Part shown: piece by piece, positions 33,901 to 47,050 of the stretch
Layout: the number at the start of each line of letters is the position of its first letter
Numbering within the stretch: the first letter of the stretch is position 1
Assembly: GCA_030704615.1 (NCBI GenBank)
Contig: CM060732.1
Coordinates: 77,562,001 to 77,626,000 of the forward strand
DNA length: 64,000 nt
Reading direction: 5' to 3'
Source of the DNA: Takakia lepidozioides
Lineage: Eukaryota; Plantae; Bryophyta
Made by a program: the position numbers and the translations under genes
The notes under the pieces: generated by a model
Seen by the model: only the letters and a program-made list of their open reading frames with translations
What the model was told of the DNA's origin: nothing
The model's database searches: none

Positions 33901-34759
33901 AAATGATCAACAAACTTCATTAAACGTAAAACCGTATGCAAGAAAAATAACGAATAAAGGTTTCATTTGATCAAGACAGTTTGTTACGGAGATGCATTGC
34001 AAAAGATGGAAACTTCACATATCTTCACCTCTCACCAATCCAAAAGTCCGGTTGGGAGATGGAGAAAAGAATCTACACTATCCCGGAACCACTCAAGGAA
34101 AGTTTGGTGGTAACGCGCCCCAAAGTTCAACGCACCTGCAACAAAAAAGGTAGAGGTCAATACTTTTGAAACATTGAATGAACCCTGTTTAGAAAATAAA
34201 CAAGTAGTAGACATATCAGGAAGAAGAGCTTTGTCGTCCCCTGATATTTATTCTGGTGTCAACTGACTTTTCAACTCGTTCACCATAATTGTATTGTGCT
34301 ATAAATAGCATACAATATCACATTTTTTATGATGTCTCTGCACACGTTGTCTTAATCATGTCTCAAAGGAGTTGAACTCAGATTGAAGCAGCTCAAATGT
34401 AACTTAGAAACTTTCAAATTTATGGGTATCACATTTGGTACGAATTATGTTTATTCGTGACTTGATATGAAGTCAATTATGCGAGTCTGACTTAGGTATT
34501 AGCTTTAAAACTCAAAATCGTTAAAAAAAAGCTACATCAATGTGTACAATTATCATACAAAAAAAGTGCAATATAGATTTTTTTTTGAATAAATGGGATC
34601 AATACCGCATTAGCGATTCTCGCGAGCGCAATGTTAGCTTGTGCACACTCCTTGTGACCGCCTCATTCCACACCTTGCTTGCCAGCCTTGCTCCGTGCCT
34701 ATCCACGCCGTCGTCCAATCTATGTACGATTTGCTCCACCAAGCCAAACATCCCTACAA

Positions 34760-36640
34760 CGATGGATTTGCAAAGGTGCGATGCAATTTGGAAGTGCATG
34801 ATCAAACCTAAAGAGTTGCAGATGGTTGATGTGACGCGTATCTTCTATGATATTTCTACACCATCTACTCGTTTACAGGAGTACAGATACACAAATATTA
34901 CAAGATACTGACGCTTTGTCACCATCATCAAGAATGATGGACTTCAGCTCAATGTACACAACAAGTTCTTAAACCCTTGAGCCTCAAGCTTCAGAACCAT
35001 TTGCTCTACACTAGTTACATATGAACTATAATAGTTTTCATTATCTCAGCACATAGACTACAAACAACCCTCACAGTATGAAACAACCCTCATAGTATGA
35101 ATTCTTTAGTGAAATCACATAGTGAACATAACACTATTTGACAGACGGGATCTTTTATGAGGATAAAATGGGTTCCTATACTTGTTAGATTGAATTCCAG
35201 AATGGGCAAATATGCCCAAACTTGAAGGGGTTGAGTTGAACAGGTACCATACTAAGATTGCAATTTTCCGCACCATACTACAAAAATCTAGGGATTGCTT
35301 AATCCCCTCAAGATTAGAAGTGGCCTTGTTCCATCTAGACTCCTCTGGTTCTTGCGTTTTCTTCTTCGTACAATTTTGAGGAGGTCCGACATGAGCATAA
35401 AATCGTGACCGCAGTCTTGTAGACGTCTTGTACATATCTGTTCACAACAAGACTGGTATGTTGCACAAAGCGTTTTAGATTAAACATCCATTTGTTTTTT
35501 TTATTGTACATAGTCCAATTTTGTACTACTGTTTTGGCCACTTTCCATTTTATATACAAAAGCTTATGTTTTCCTCGATTTGTAGATGCAACGTAACTTC
35601 TTTTCATTGAAAGCGCCCCAACAACCATCACAATACTAATACAAACATGAATAAGTATTGAAAATACTATACAATACTAATTAGACCCACATATGAGAGA
35701 AGAACATATGGGAGAAGAATAGAGTAATGTTGATGACACAAGCTATATGTTTTGCTATGTGGGGAGATTGTTGTAGGTGTTATCTTTACCTTTTTCAACT
35801 ATTGAAATAGATATTTTTCCCCAAAAATTAATGAATTGGCCAACGCCTTTTTATTTAAAAAAAATAGATAATATCAAGTCTATTTTAAATAGTAAGTGGA
35901 AATGGATCAATGCGATTCAGGGCTTCCTCCTCGATGGATCGGTCTTCCATCTGCACTTGCAAATGGTATGCAAAGTGTTTATTTCCGGCTTGGTGATGCT
36001 TAACAAATTAATTAAAAAACACCTAGGAATATGGGATGACCCTAGAACAACGCCACCTGGTCATGTCGTGCATTGCAAGTTGCTGAGAGAGATGCCTACA
36101 TATATGTATTGGAATGGTTGGATACTGCATGAACGACAGGGACGAACCCGATTTTCAATTTGTGCAGTTCAATGTTATAGGCAATGAAATCAACGAGGGT
36201 ATATACGGCGCCTCTGCAGCAAAAAACCGTGTATATCTCACCCTTCATAATATTGTATAGCAAGCTCAGATGTGGTATAAATACAAGATGCACACTTACT
36301 TGTCTTCTACGTTGTCAAAGGTGTTGGCGCTAGATATGTTGAGATTTGGACAATTTTACCCGGCTGGAGGGTGGGTTATTCCATTTCAAATACTAGAGCC
36401 CACTCTCACGTAACTGACGAAGGAATACTTCCATTTTTTGCAACCAAGCACTGTCGATATCTGCTCCCCTAACAATGATCGTGACGCTAGCCTGAATGAA
36501 CTTCTTCCCTTCCCTGTATCGCTCCTTTGCCCTGTCTCTTGCTATCCCCTTCATCCCTCTCATCGTTTCAAACAATTACACACGAAAGCATCACGAGTCA
36601 GCGGCCTTCGGTCCGTGGCTTCTAGACGCTGATAGGCTTT
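34760..36640. mobile_element. Degenerate, internally rearranged Replitron-like element (HUH/Y1 Rep endonuclease transposase)
   Basis: + strand 35905-36392 reads GSVFHLHLQMV (HUH, 35948-35956)..LNKLIKKHLG.W..HVVHCKLL, then after a frameshift LHICIGMVGYCMNDRDEPDFQFVQFNV (Tyr 36123-36125)..KNRVYLTLHNIV*..MWYKYKM..MLRFGQFYPAGGWVIP. - strand 36413-36575 reads QASVTIIVRGADIDSAWLQKMEVFLR (N-terminal). + strand 34762-34850 reads MDLQRCDAIWKCMIKP..DVTRIFY (C-terminal). Family assignment is from remembered motif order, not from a search. Confidence 0.75.
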
Positions 36641-37766
36641 TCTAGAAGCGTGGACACACGTCCAAATATGGCCTTTGATCCGTGGCTTTCAGACTGGACA
36701 GTGTTGAGAGTGAAAGATTTGCTGCAGTGGCCGCTAAAGCCCAGTCTGTTGCAACCAAATAATGTGTAGCTGTGAACGTATGTTGATCAACGAGTACTCC
36801 GTCGCCACATTTGCGCTGGGTCGCTGCTTGCCATGTAGGAGCTCAGTGAGCAGGAGTGGAAGGTGCTGTGAAAGGGAGCACCACCTATACTTTGTAAGGC
36901 CAAGCAACGGCCACGAGCACTAATCTGCTCGGTCAGAGAAAGCCAATTTGGATCCCCAACACCCAATCATCAACACTCTTGTGCGTCCTTGGTAAGCAAC
37001 AATTGAAAAACTCTTGCGTGGATTTGAACCTCAGATGATCCGGTGGGCTGTGAGAGTGGGAAGCTCTAGATTGCATCACCATGCCCGCACTGTATGCACT
37101 CTCGGGCAACTGCCTGACGTCCTCTTGGCTGCCTGCCGTGCTGGAGTTGGTCTCATTGCAGCGCACCTTATTGTTATCTCGTGAGTGCTGTGCCACTTTT
37201 GACCATCTTGGATTTGAGGGATAACGAGTATGTTGATTATGGTAGTTCCTGAGAATGTCGTTCGGCATGGTCTCGTGAACGTAATTCTTCTATAATTTTG
37301 GATTAGTCCTCTGAACATCTGCCAGCTATATTGGAATTGGCCACATTGCATTATTTTCTCGTGAATTTGACGCCTCTGTCATATCTGACTTAGCGCAAAT
37401 TTGAGAGAGTGGCTCGTCGTTGGGTTTGCTCTCTCTGGGCATTCCCCAGCTCCCGATTGAGAGACTTTGCATTTGGGTTTCTGCCTCTTCGCATCTATCT
37501 GTTGTCTTGCAATGGGTCTCATTGCATCGTACTTCAATAGTAATTGTTGTGCCACCGAAAATCCGAGAGCTTTCCGATCTGCCTGCTATTTTGGGATTGA
37601 CTCATTGTTTCACAGCAGAGTACATGTTGTGAGTACACTGTTTCTGGTAGTGGGAACTTCATCCTGTAACTCGAAAGTATGTCACTTTTGACTGCTCTTT
37701 CAAGCCTGCGGATCGTATGTATGATTGGAAGGAAAATGTCGCCTTATGCAGTAGTAGCATGTGGCA

Positions 37767-40700
37767 ATGGCAGGGGGTTGCATACGGCGGAGGTACGGTG
37801 TGGCAGTGGTAACGGCTGCAGGAGGGAAACAGTCCATGGCTTCCCAAGCAAGTCGGGGAGGGGATCTCAGAAGGGGGCAGGGAGTGGCAATTGTTTGGCT
37901 TCGAAATGATTTGCGCGTTGCAGACAATGAGGCTTTGTTACGTGCATGGCAATCATCACAGGCGGTGGTGCCTCTCTATTGTGTGGACCCTCGCCTGTAT
38001 GGAACCACCCATACTTTTGGCTTCCCCAAAACTGGAGGTGAGACATCGTTGGCTATTGGTCACGTCACCATGGCATTTCCAGGTTACTCTTGCATCCGGA
38101 GATATTCACAGGCACTACCTGCTGATTTGGTGTATGGTGATGTGTCGATATCTTTGTTTGGCAGAACTTCGAGCACAATTTATTATGGAGAGTGTGGCAG
38201 ACCTTCGCAACAACTTACGACAACGGGGCTTGGATCTCATTGTTCGGAAGGGCAAACCTGAGGACATTGTTCCCACATTAGCCCAAGCTATTGGGGCTCA
38301 CACTGTACGACTTCTATCATTGTGGACGCTCAATGTGCAGAAGCAATGTTCATAGTTATGCAATAGCTTTGACACCAAAATTTGAAATTGACTGTGGCAG
38401 CAAATTTTGGACTGAAAAAATGTAAGTCCAGCAGCCTCGGAAGTGACTTCACCGTGTTGGGAAGACTCACTGGGGGTGTGGAGCAGATGCTTTGGCCCTG
38501 CTTCAATTGTTGATAACAGGGGCAACAGTATGAATTTTGACTAACCCTAAACCCTACCCAGAGCTTGAAGGAGTTTCAGCATGTTGTATGTTCTCCAGTA
38601 TTGCGAGCGTCAAGCTTCTGTCCTCGGTCTAGCTATGGAGATTCTCAAAGGGTCAGTCTACCATAGCTTCAAAGTGAAAGGATGAGGGCGGAGGATGTAC
38701 CATGCTGGCACTCCTGATTCATATCATGGAAGTACTGTAGGGTCTAGGACCCCAGAGTGTTTTACAAAGCTAATTTTGTGGTGGAGAGCGTAAAGTGCTC
38801 CCCAACCCAGATAATCAAACAGAAGGTGCTGAAATCTTGGACTGAATGGGTACAATCATAAGAGTCCTTGGGGAGGCCAGGTCTTAAACATAGCCAAGAT
38901 TGTTTCTACTCACTCTGTGAAATTGGCTATTGAAGCTTGAGACAGCTGCAATTTCACTTCTTTGCTGTCCAAACCCTTGGCTCATCCACGCCATCAGAAC
39001 ATATCCAAATGATGTTTTCTTAGGGCAAATTCTCACTCCATGGGAAGGGGACTTTTCACATGTTCCCTATAAGTCAAGACTGACTTGTCGTAATATCAAA
39101 TTATATGCCATGGCAGGTCCTCATAGCCTGGGTGGCTGGTTTCAGGTGTTTGCCCATAGAGAAACGTGCATTGAGGAGACTCGAGTTGAGAGGAGTGTCA
39201 GACATGGGCTTTCTAAATTGCGAGATGGTGCACAGAAAGGAGTGGTACTCCAGTTTGTGTGGGGTGGTACTCTGTATCATTTGGATGATCTGCCCTTTAC
39301 AACTGCTCTTCTTCCTGATGTCTACACCCAGTTTCGAAAGGTCCATCTGCTCACTCATCTCTACTTTTTCGAAACCTTGACCAGTCTGAGCGTTCGTTGC
39401 ATAGCAGCATGTAGAGTATCGTAAGTTTTCTGAAGGCCGGAAATCATTAAACATGCTACAATATTGCTTTGCCCCTGTGATCACTGTTAATTTTAGGTTG
39501 ATTGAGATGCAACAGATGCTCTTGAGTTCGTGAAGAGCATCTGTTGCAAGAGTGTGCTGTTGACAAGGCACGTTGTGCAGAATATCTTCGTGAAAGGGCT
39601 GCTACTATATTTTGTTGCAGCATGTATTATGTCATATTAATTTTCTCTTGGCTGCTTGTGTGGCAGGGAGTGGAATCATCCTGTAAGATCCGGCCAGCAA
39701 TGAAAATGCCAGCAGAGCTTGGACCAATGCCAGAAAAGCTTGTGGATAAAGTTGGGGATCTTGGAGACATCCCCACGGTACCCAACCTGGGACTGGTTGC
39801 TCGAGAGCAGGTAATTTGATGTTATAGATAAGGTCACGAGGGATTCAATCAAAGGGGTGGATTTTTTCCTTGGCTGCTTTCTCTCAGCACTGGATTGGAT
39901 TCGTAACAAAGTATCACTTGAAAGAGTGCTTCCTCTGTGGAGCACTTAATGGGGTGAATCCCCAGGACCATGTGTTCCTCACTGGTGTTACAGTTCTACA
40001 ATTGGATTGGGGACACATGACTTAAAAGTTGTAGAGTGCTAGCAGAGCCCGCTGGGAGTAATGCACTTCGTAGGTGGAGAGACAGCAGCCTTGGCTCGAC
40101 TAGAGGACTACTTCTGGTCAAAGGTATGTGGATGAATCCTACTGCCATGTCTTCCTTCTTAAATGTAAGGTTTCATGTTCGAATCCGAGCTTGTAGATTA
40201 AACCAACGCATCAGTTCTTTGTAAACAGTCAATCTCAGCATATGATATGATAGTTGTATGGAGTAAGTCTGGTCAAGTCTGGTCAATAGTAAGTCGACTG
40301 ATCAACCCTATGACATGGATTTTGAATAACTGCAGCATTTTTATTAAACAAGCATGCCAATGACTTGAATCCCGGAAGGGGTATTATTGTTGCAGGATAA
40401 ATTACGCATGTATAAAGAGACCCGCAATGGAATGTTGGGTGCAGACTACTCCACCAAATTCTCTCCCTGGCTTGCACATGGGTGCCTTTCTCCAAGGACC
40501 ATTCATGCTGAGGTATAAACGTATAAAAAAGCTATTAGACAAGGAGCAGAAAAGAGAGGGTTTCAACTTCTCTGAACCTACCTTTGTCTGCTGGATTTGA
40601 TATGCTGGGAGACTGAAGATTTTGAAGGTGCCCGTACCCTCCTGAGAAACCCTTGAAACAAAGGAAGTGGTGCTTTGGTGTGAGCAGGTGAAGCGCTATG

Positions 40701-42519
40701 AGCAAGAGAGAGTGGCCAATGATTCAACCTACTGGTACTTCTATCCCCTAGTCTACCTGAAGGTAGGTATCTTTTGAGTTTTGACCAATCACAGGAATGC
40801 AATGGCATGTGGCTAGTTCAATCTTCTGCTGTCACATGCTAACCTTTCTAACCTCTATGGGGTTTTTCTTATGACAGGGTGTTGTTTGAGCTTATATGGC
40901 GAGACTACTTCCGTTTTGTCTCCATGAAGTATGGCAATTCAATCTTCCATGTAGGTATGCTCCTTAGGTGCCACCAACATTGATTGGCGGAACATGGCTT
41001 GATATTTTATATATAAAGTTTACCTTTAATCTGCTATGGACAAGAATTTTCTGAGATGGGGATCTCAGCATGTCACAGTTCTAGGGGAACAAGGCGCTGA
41101 TTAAGTGGGCATGGGTTGAGTATCCTCATTGTCATTTTGAGTACTAGCTCTGATCCTCGATTGCGGTCTGTACATATGCAGGAGGGCCACGGAAAGTTGT
41201 AGGGAAACTTTGGAGTCAGAATAGAGAACGCTTTGAAGCTTGGAAGGAGGGCCGAACTGGGTAATATTGCAACCAATGTCCTTCACCTACATAAAGGATT
41301 CATTAGGGGTTCAAAGGGGTGCTTTAACATCCAATCCAGAATTCACCCCTGATGAATACTAGGAGTAGGTACTCTTATCTGCTGTTTTTTTCTGGTGTGA
41401 AACTTCCCTGCAGAGTGTAATGACAGAGTAGATGTTTTTGCAGGTATCCTCTGATTGATGCTAACATGAAGGAGCTGGCTGCCACTGGCTTTATGTCCAA
41501 CCGTGGGCGCCAGGCATGTGTTTCTGATCACTGGCAATGTCGGAAGAAGGGTTTCTCATATACCTACAATGAAAAACAAGTGATTGAGTGATGGTTTGAT
41601 AGTTCATTGGGTGCCAAGCTACAGCCTGAGACACTGGGTAGATTCTATAGATTGTGCACACTTAAGAGCAGTAGGCTCTTGCATTGTCTGGAGAGTCAAT
41701 ACTAGCACTAAGCTATTGATTCCTATTTATGGGACAAGTTGATTAGTTGGAATTTCCAATTGCGAATTCTTTTGTGGGAAGAATAATTGTCCTAGATCAC
41801 TAACACGGGTTGTGCATGGAGCTTCATGCAGATAGTTTGTTCGTTCATGGTTCGAGATCTGGGGTTGGACTGGAGAATGGGAGCAGAGTGGTTTGAGACA
41901 TGTCTGCTTGATTATGACCCCTGTTCCAACTATGGCAACTGGACATATGGTGCTGGTAATGATCTGTGTCATGCTGAGTCATGGTGAATTCGAAACCATC
42001 GACTTATAACATATTTGATAGATAGATAATCAGTGATCTGGTCATTGTCTTGCTCAAGAGTCTAACATTGTCTATGGCAAATGAAATGCAGGTGTGGGAA
42101 ATGACCCTCGAGAAGATCGTTATTTCAGCATTCCCAAGCAGGTACGCTAATAGGAAAGTATTGTCATGAACATGGAAGTTTAGAAAGATGTTTTCTCACT
42201 GCCACGAGGAAGTTGAGTGATTTTATTCACTGCTTTGTGTGTTGCACCAAGTAGAACGCTCAAAATCTGTGCTTGGCAGGCACAAACTTACGACCCGGAT
42301 GGAAGCTATGTTGCTCATTGGATCCCAGAGTTGTCTTCTCTCCCACCCAAAGCTCGCAATTTTCCTGGTCAAGCCTACTTGAAGCCCATTGTCCCATTGA
42401 AGTTTGGGAGTGCTGGCAGAGGTCACAGTAGCTCCAACAATCAGCAATTGGACAGGAGAGGCGGTCAAAACAGCGGTCGGCCATCCAGAGGTGGCCATGG
42501 GAATTCTGTGAGGTTTTGA
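37767..42519 (+). CDS. CRYD: Cryptochrome DASH (photolyase/cryptochrome family, CRY3-like); start may lie in an upstream transit-peptide exon near 37492
   Basis: Approximate exons 37767-38037, 38165-38303, 39146-39340, 39668-39810, 40065-40123, 40396-40512, 40688-40733, 40878-40953, 41182-41261, 41444-41513, 41832-41955, 42092-42141, 42280-42519. Motifs [90 protein letters not shown]. Confidence 0.95.
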
Positions 42520-44045
42520 AAAATGGTGAGATCCTCAATTCCTTGTATCCTGCTAATGTAGGTAATGGAAAAATCGCCAAAGGCGTTGCTCTAGTTGTCT
42601 ATAAAGAGGGGCGCAGAGGGAAGAGGGGAGCGAAGGCGGGGAGCAGAGGGAGAGGGGAGCGGAGGGACAGAGGTGGATGCATTTCAGTGGATGAACAGAG
42701 TGTACCGCTATTTTCTGCATAACTCTATAGCCACTCGCCCTGTTTTCCAAATTTCTTGAAAAAAACACTGCTTCTGAAAACAAAGAGGAGGGGAACAAGC
42801 AGCTTTGCAGCTTTTGTCATGTCCAGTAATTAAAACCTCGGTTACTTCCGTTTGAAGGATTCCTTCTGATGGGTAGCTTGTTGTGGTCAAGCCTTGGGAG
42901 CCGGGTTGCAATAGTTCAAAGGAACAGTACAATGGTGGAGGGCCTCTCTGTCACAGATATATTGACAGTAGAATAGTTACATGAGGGTTTGTTCACAAGA
43001 TGTTAGAATACAGCACATAGTTCTACGCGGCACTTAGGACTTTTGAATTTCTGTTTCCCCTGCTTTTTCCCGGTCACGGCCTATTGTTGCCATCAGTGGA
43101 GTGCATGTATCTGGACGGGGTTTTCCACAATGTGTAGATATACAGTCGACTCTGGATAAATGTTACCTGCTTTTTTGTTATGTCACCCTTAATGTTATGA
43201 AATCTCTGCTCTATAAAAATTTACACTTGAAAATGGCATGAGAGCGTTATTGCTATGTATTATGAAAATATGGCTCTCCTCTTTGTTAGCACACCTCCAT
43301 AGTTGTTAGATCTTATGCGGAGCCTTAATACAGGTGGTTTGAGAAATAATTCATCCACTCTTATCATTCATCCATGGGTATTTTCAATCTAATGAGTAAG
43401 TATTGTATTCTTTGATTGAAGAAATACCATATGCAGTGAAGGCTCTATGTACTCTAAGCCTTTCCAACTGCTATTTTTGTTATTTTTTTACCTGCTTTAT
43501 TGTTTTTTCCTCAAATGTTATGTTTTGGATTTTAACCTCTAGTTTGGAGGTAAATCATCGCAGCTCATAGACCATTGATCGCCATAAAATCTCAAGTGTC
43601 TTCTCTAAAATTCCTTGTAAACTTTCTGAATCCTGGACAGACTGAATCATATTGAACCCCACTGTTTTTCAATCTAGGGCATGAAGGCCAGGAATGAAAC
43701 TCGGGAAATGGGTCTTGGTTTCAAAGTCACATGTACTGATGGGGAAAATTCAACACAGGTCGGAATCTCACTATCTAGCAGAAAGTAGTCAATGCATAAT
43801 GATCAAGACAAAACAAATGTTACGGAAGCAAACCAGGCTTTTACTACTTAGAGAACCCCGGTCTTTTGCGATGCACTAGATGCCTATGGAGCAAAAACAT
43901 TATAACATTTACGTAGATATATCAGATAAAAATGTTAATCTACTTACATCTCCACTGCAATATTCTGCTCTAGACTTCCAGTGATCAGGATTGAATTCGG
44001 AGATTTAGATTCTCTGCACTTATTTATTGCGTAGTGCTTCGAGCA

Positions 44046-45171
44046 TCAATCAGTCTTGAGCGCCACAGTGTCAGCACCGGTTTCCGTCTCTTTCACAAGC
44101 GATGTTGGTTCTTTGAAGTCTGATATATCGTTCTCTGGTGCTTGTTTGGGCTTTTCCTGGAGTTCCTTGTAGAGCTGTCTAGTTCTGATCGCGAGGACAA
44201 CACAGATTATGGAGCCTACCAGAGCGACAGCCATCAGGAGATAGAAGGTGAGACGATAACATGTAGATCCATGGCATAAGAGAGCCTTTGATCTGGCTGG
44301 GCTCGGAGTGAGCAATTTATGTTGTTTCCTCGCCTCTCGATCATAGAGGGAGCCTGCCATTCTCACCGATAGAAAATCGGTCCCAACAGGACTTCCCACA
44401 AAAATGACATTGAAGAGGGTCGCAAAGAAACGCATCCCAAAATTGTCTGAAGTGATTATAGTGAGTAATGACCACTGGGCCCCGTAGGAGAGGCCTATCA
44501 AAATGGAGCCTATGTAGAGGCACCCAGGCACATTGTAGGCCATGAGGAGATGCCGAACGGCCTGCGAGTGAGGACCAAAGCACATGCGAGAGACACTCCT
44601 GTGGGGAGCAAAGACAAGAGAAACAGAAAGGAACTGGGATGATTTGGTCCATAGATAGCAAGATAGACCTGCGTGACAATGGCGCCACTTAGACCGAGGA
44701 ACCCCTTCACCAGACCTATCACAATTGCCTTGTCGGTAGGAAGAGTTTCACGCACTGCGCAACCGAAGCAGTGTTGAAGAAGGACGTCGAGTTGGCACCG
44801 ATGGCAATGTACAGACACATTTGCCATACTTGGGGCCGGGCGATCCGACTGGTCACAGCTAGCCAGAGCATCAGGTAGCCCAACAGATTCTGAACTGCCC
44901 CAAAGACAAGAACCACCAAGGGCGGCCCCAAGTCGTATACGAGACCTGCAATCACTCCAACATTTGTCCCCAAGTCCTTGAAGAAGCCGATTAAGTTAAG
45001 GGTTTTCTGGTCGTATTCCAGACTCGTCTTAATGTCCTGGGAATAGACACCAAAGCTATAAGCGCCCCCACTGGTTGACATGAGCAGGATGGCCACTGCT
45101 AAGAAAAACCATGGGCCTTGGACCACTCTTCCTAAGACCTCTAACTTCATGCGAAATTCCATGCTAGCCAT
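44046..45171 (-). pseudogene. Nodulin-like major facilitator superfamily transporter (NFD4-like), frameshifted with an internal deletion
   Basis: YSFGVYSQDIKTSLEYDQKTLN..FFKDLGTNVG..CLYIAIGANSTSFFNTA, a frameshift at about 44730, GLVKGFLGLSGAI, then an abrupt jump at about 44560 to LYIGSILIGLSYGAQW..SDNFGMRFFATLFN..LYDREA..CHGSTCY. The central helices are missing. Confidence 0.85.
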
Positions 45172-46288
45172 TTCGTTTCGAAAGTTTGTAGATAGAAAGA
45201 GAGAAATAATCTCGACTCGGCTATATGACCAAGTTTGGACTGGAGACAAGATTCCTAAGTCAGAGCACTGAGGTGGGATATGATTTTAGACTACTCAGTG
45301 GAGGCACTGCATTTCAAATTTATCCAGGTTGCAATTATTAAGCTTGTCTAACTACAGACTTCGGTGATCTATTTGAAAAATTCACGACGCTGCAGCTTAC
45401 TAGCCTGGCGCTGCATATATCGACTTAGATGCTAGATCTAGAGGCCCGATTTTGGTCGACCTCGTCCGATCAAGATCCACATATCAAACAACCTGCCAGC
45501 AAATGTAGGGAAGACGTCCCCCAGGTGGCCCAGAGGAGAGGCCTCACTATTCAGTGCGCTGATGAACCTCCTTGAACATAGCTAAATCTTCAAAGACTGT
45601 TAGTCCAGTGATGATTGCATGTCAAAAAGAGCAATTATAAATCAAAATTATCGCGTCGAGGAGGGTAGATCAGAGAGTCGACGCGGCCCGCAAACACTAC
45701 AGGCTCAATGCCACAGGAAGCAGCTTGATGAGCATACTTGAATAAACGTAGCAGATCGATCGTCCAAAACGTATATAGCGAAGAGAAGGAACTCTGCACA
45801 TGTTGTGCAGATCCGAAGCATGACATGTATCTACAATCATTCCGACACTGGACAGTCGACGTACTATAGTCCACGGACCCAATCCAACCAGCGAGACAAA
45901 ACAAAATCCGTTCAACAACATCAGCCCTGAGATTGAGGAGACCAGCTGTAGAGATCATCTAGTCTATTAAAGCTCCAACGATCCTCGGCACAAAAAAGAC
46001 GGTCAGTACTGTACGAGTATTGATTCATCGATTATACATAAGGCCATGGGTAGAAGCACTGTGAGTCTAGAAGCACCTCAGATGCACAACACGATCTAGA
46101 GCTAATGTAGCGAGGGGAGGGAGAAACAAACTTGTGATCTTGGCCCCAGTGATCTCTATATATTCTTGAGCTCGCTGCACAAACGATAGGACAGTCTTGT
46201 GATGGGACCAGGCCTCGCAACGAGCCGTCTCTTTGTACACCGTATTCCTTCACTTCATATTGCGTCATACGATGTATGTAGTATATAG

Positions 46289-47050
46289 CAGTGGTGGACC
46301 GGTATCATAAACATTTCATACCAGCCAGGGTTTGGTATTGTCGGTAAAGAGGCTTCCTTCATACCTGGCACGTAATGGTGTCAAAGTAGATATCAAACTT
46401 TTAATGTACCAATCTGGTATGTACATTGTTTTTGTTTGGCCTGGTATGGTATGGTATCAGTATTGCATATTTCAAATCATATACTAGGGGTATATCAATA
46501 CTGGTATCAATACATCTCCATGGTAGAAATTCTCCATGGCATGTATCATTTGGACAGATTTTTTTATTTTTTTTAATATTTTAAAGCTGAATGCCTTCAG
46601 CCGCTGAAGTTCCCCACTTCAGCCGCCAGAGTGCCTTTATTTATAATAACAAGGAGGTACAGAGATGGGTGAAAAAAATAACCTTACAAGAGCCATACAG
46701 GCGCACCTCCATTGCTACACCCTAAATCCCTAACGCTCCACATATTGATACCTAGGGTGCAAGCGACAGTGTACTGGTATCGACAAAGCTGCGTTCCTTG
46801 CGATACCAGGCTGGTCTGGTAGGAGCCCAGGTATTAGCGTTTTACTATATTGCCCCCAATATATTTTGCCCGGGGTACTGCGAGTTGTTTATACCCACCT
46901 GGTCTTGTACCCTGCTGCGATACCCTTACCCGTGCTCATACCCCACCTCGCCCCATATAACAGTGGATGTATTTTTTTTCCACATATTGGTATGAATATG
47001 AGTATCATGACCACAATACGAGCTGGTATGAGATATCAACTCTTGGTCAT
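46289..47050. mobile_element. Degenerate MITE-like region rich in GGTAT/ATACC motifs
   Basis: Starts cagtggtggaccggtatc and has dense ggtat/atacc motifs like the hAT element at 23.3-24.2 kb. No matching right TIR or TSD found. Confidence 0.3.

Noticed and set aside
35755-35780. GGGGAGATTGTTG resembling a copia PPT/LTR start
   Set aside because: No LTR end or pol remnant recognised nearby.
43141-43165. TA-CAGTCGACTCTGGATAA resembling a Tc1/mariner TIR
   Set aside because: No matching inverted end found.
45635-46268. - strand ORFs upstream of the MFS pseudogene
   Set aside because: Short and unrecognisable; cannot be assigned without a search.
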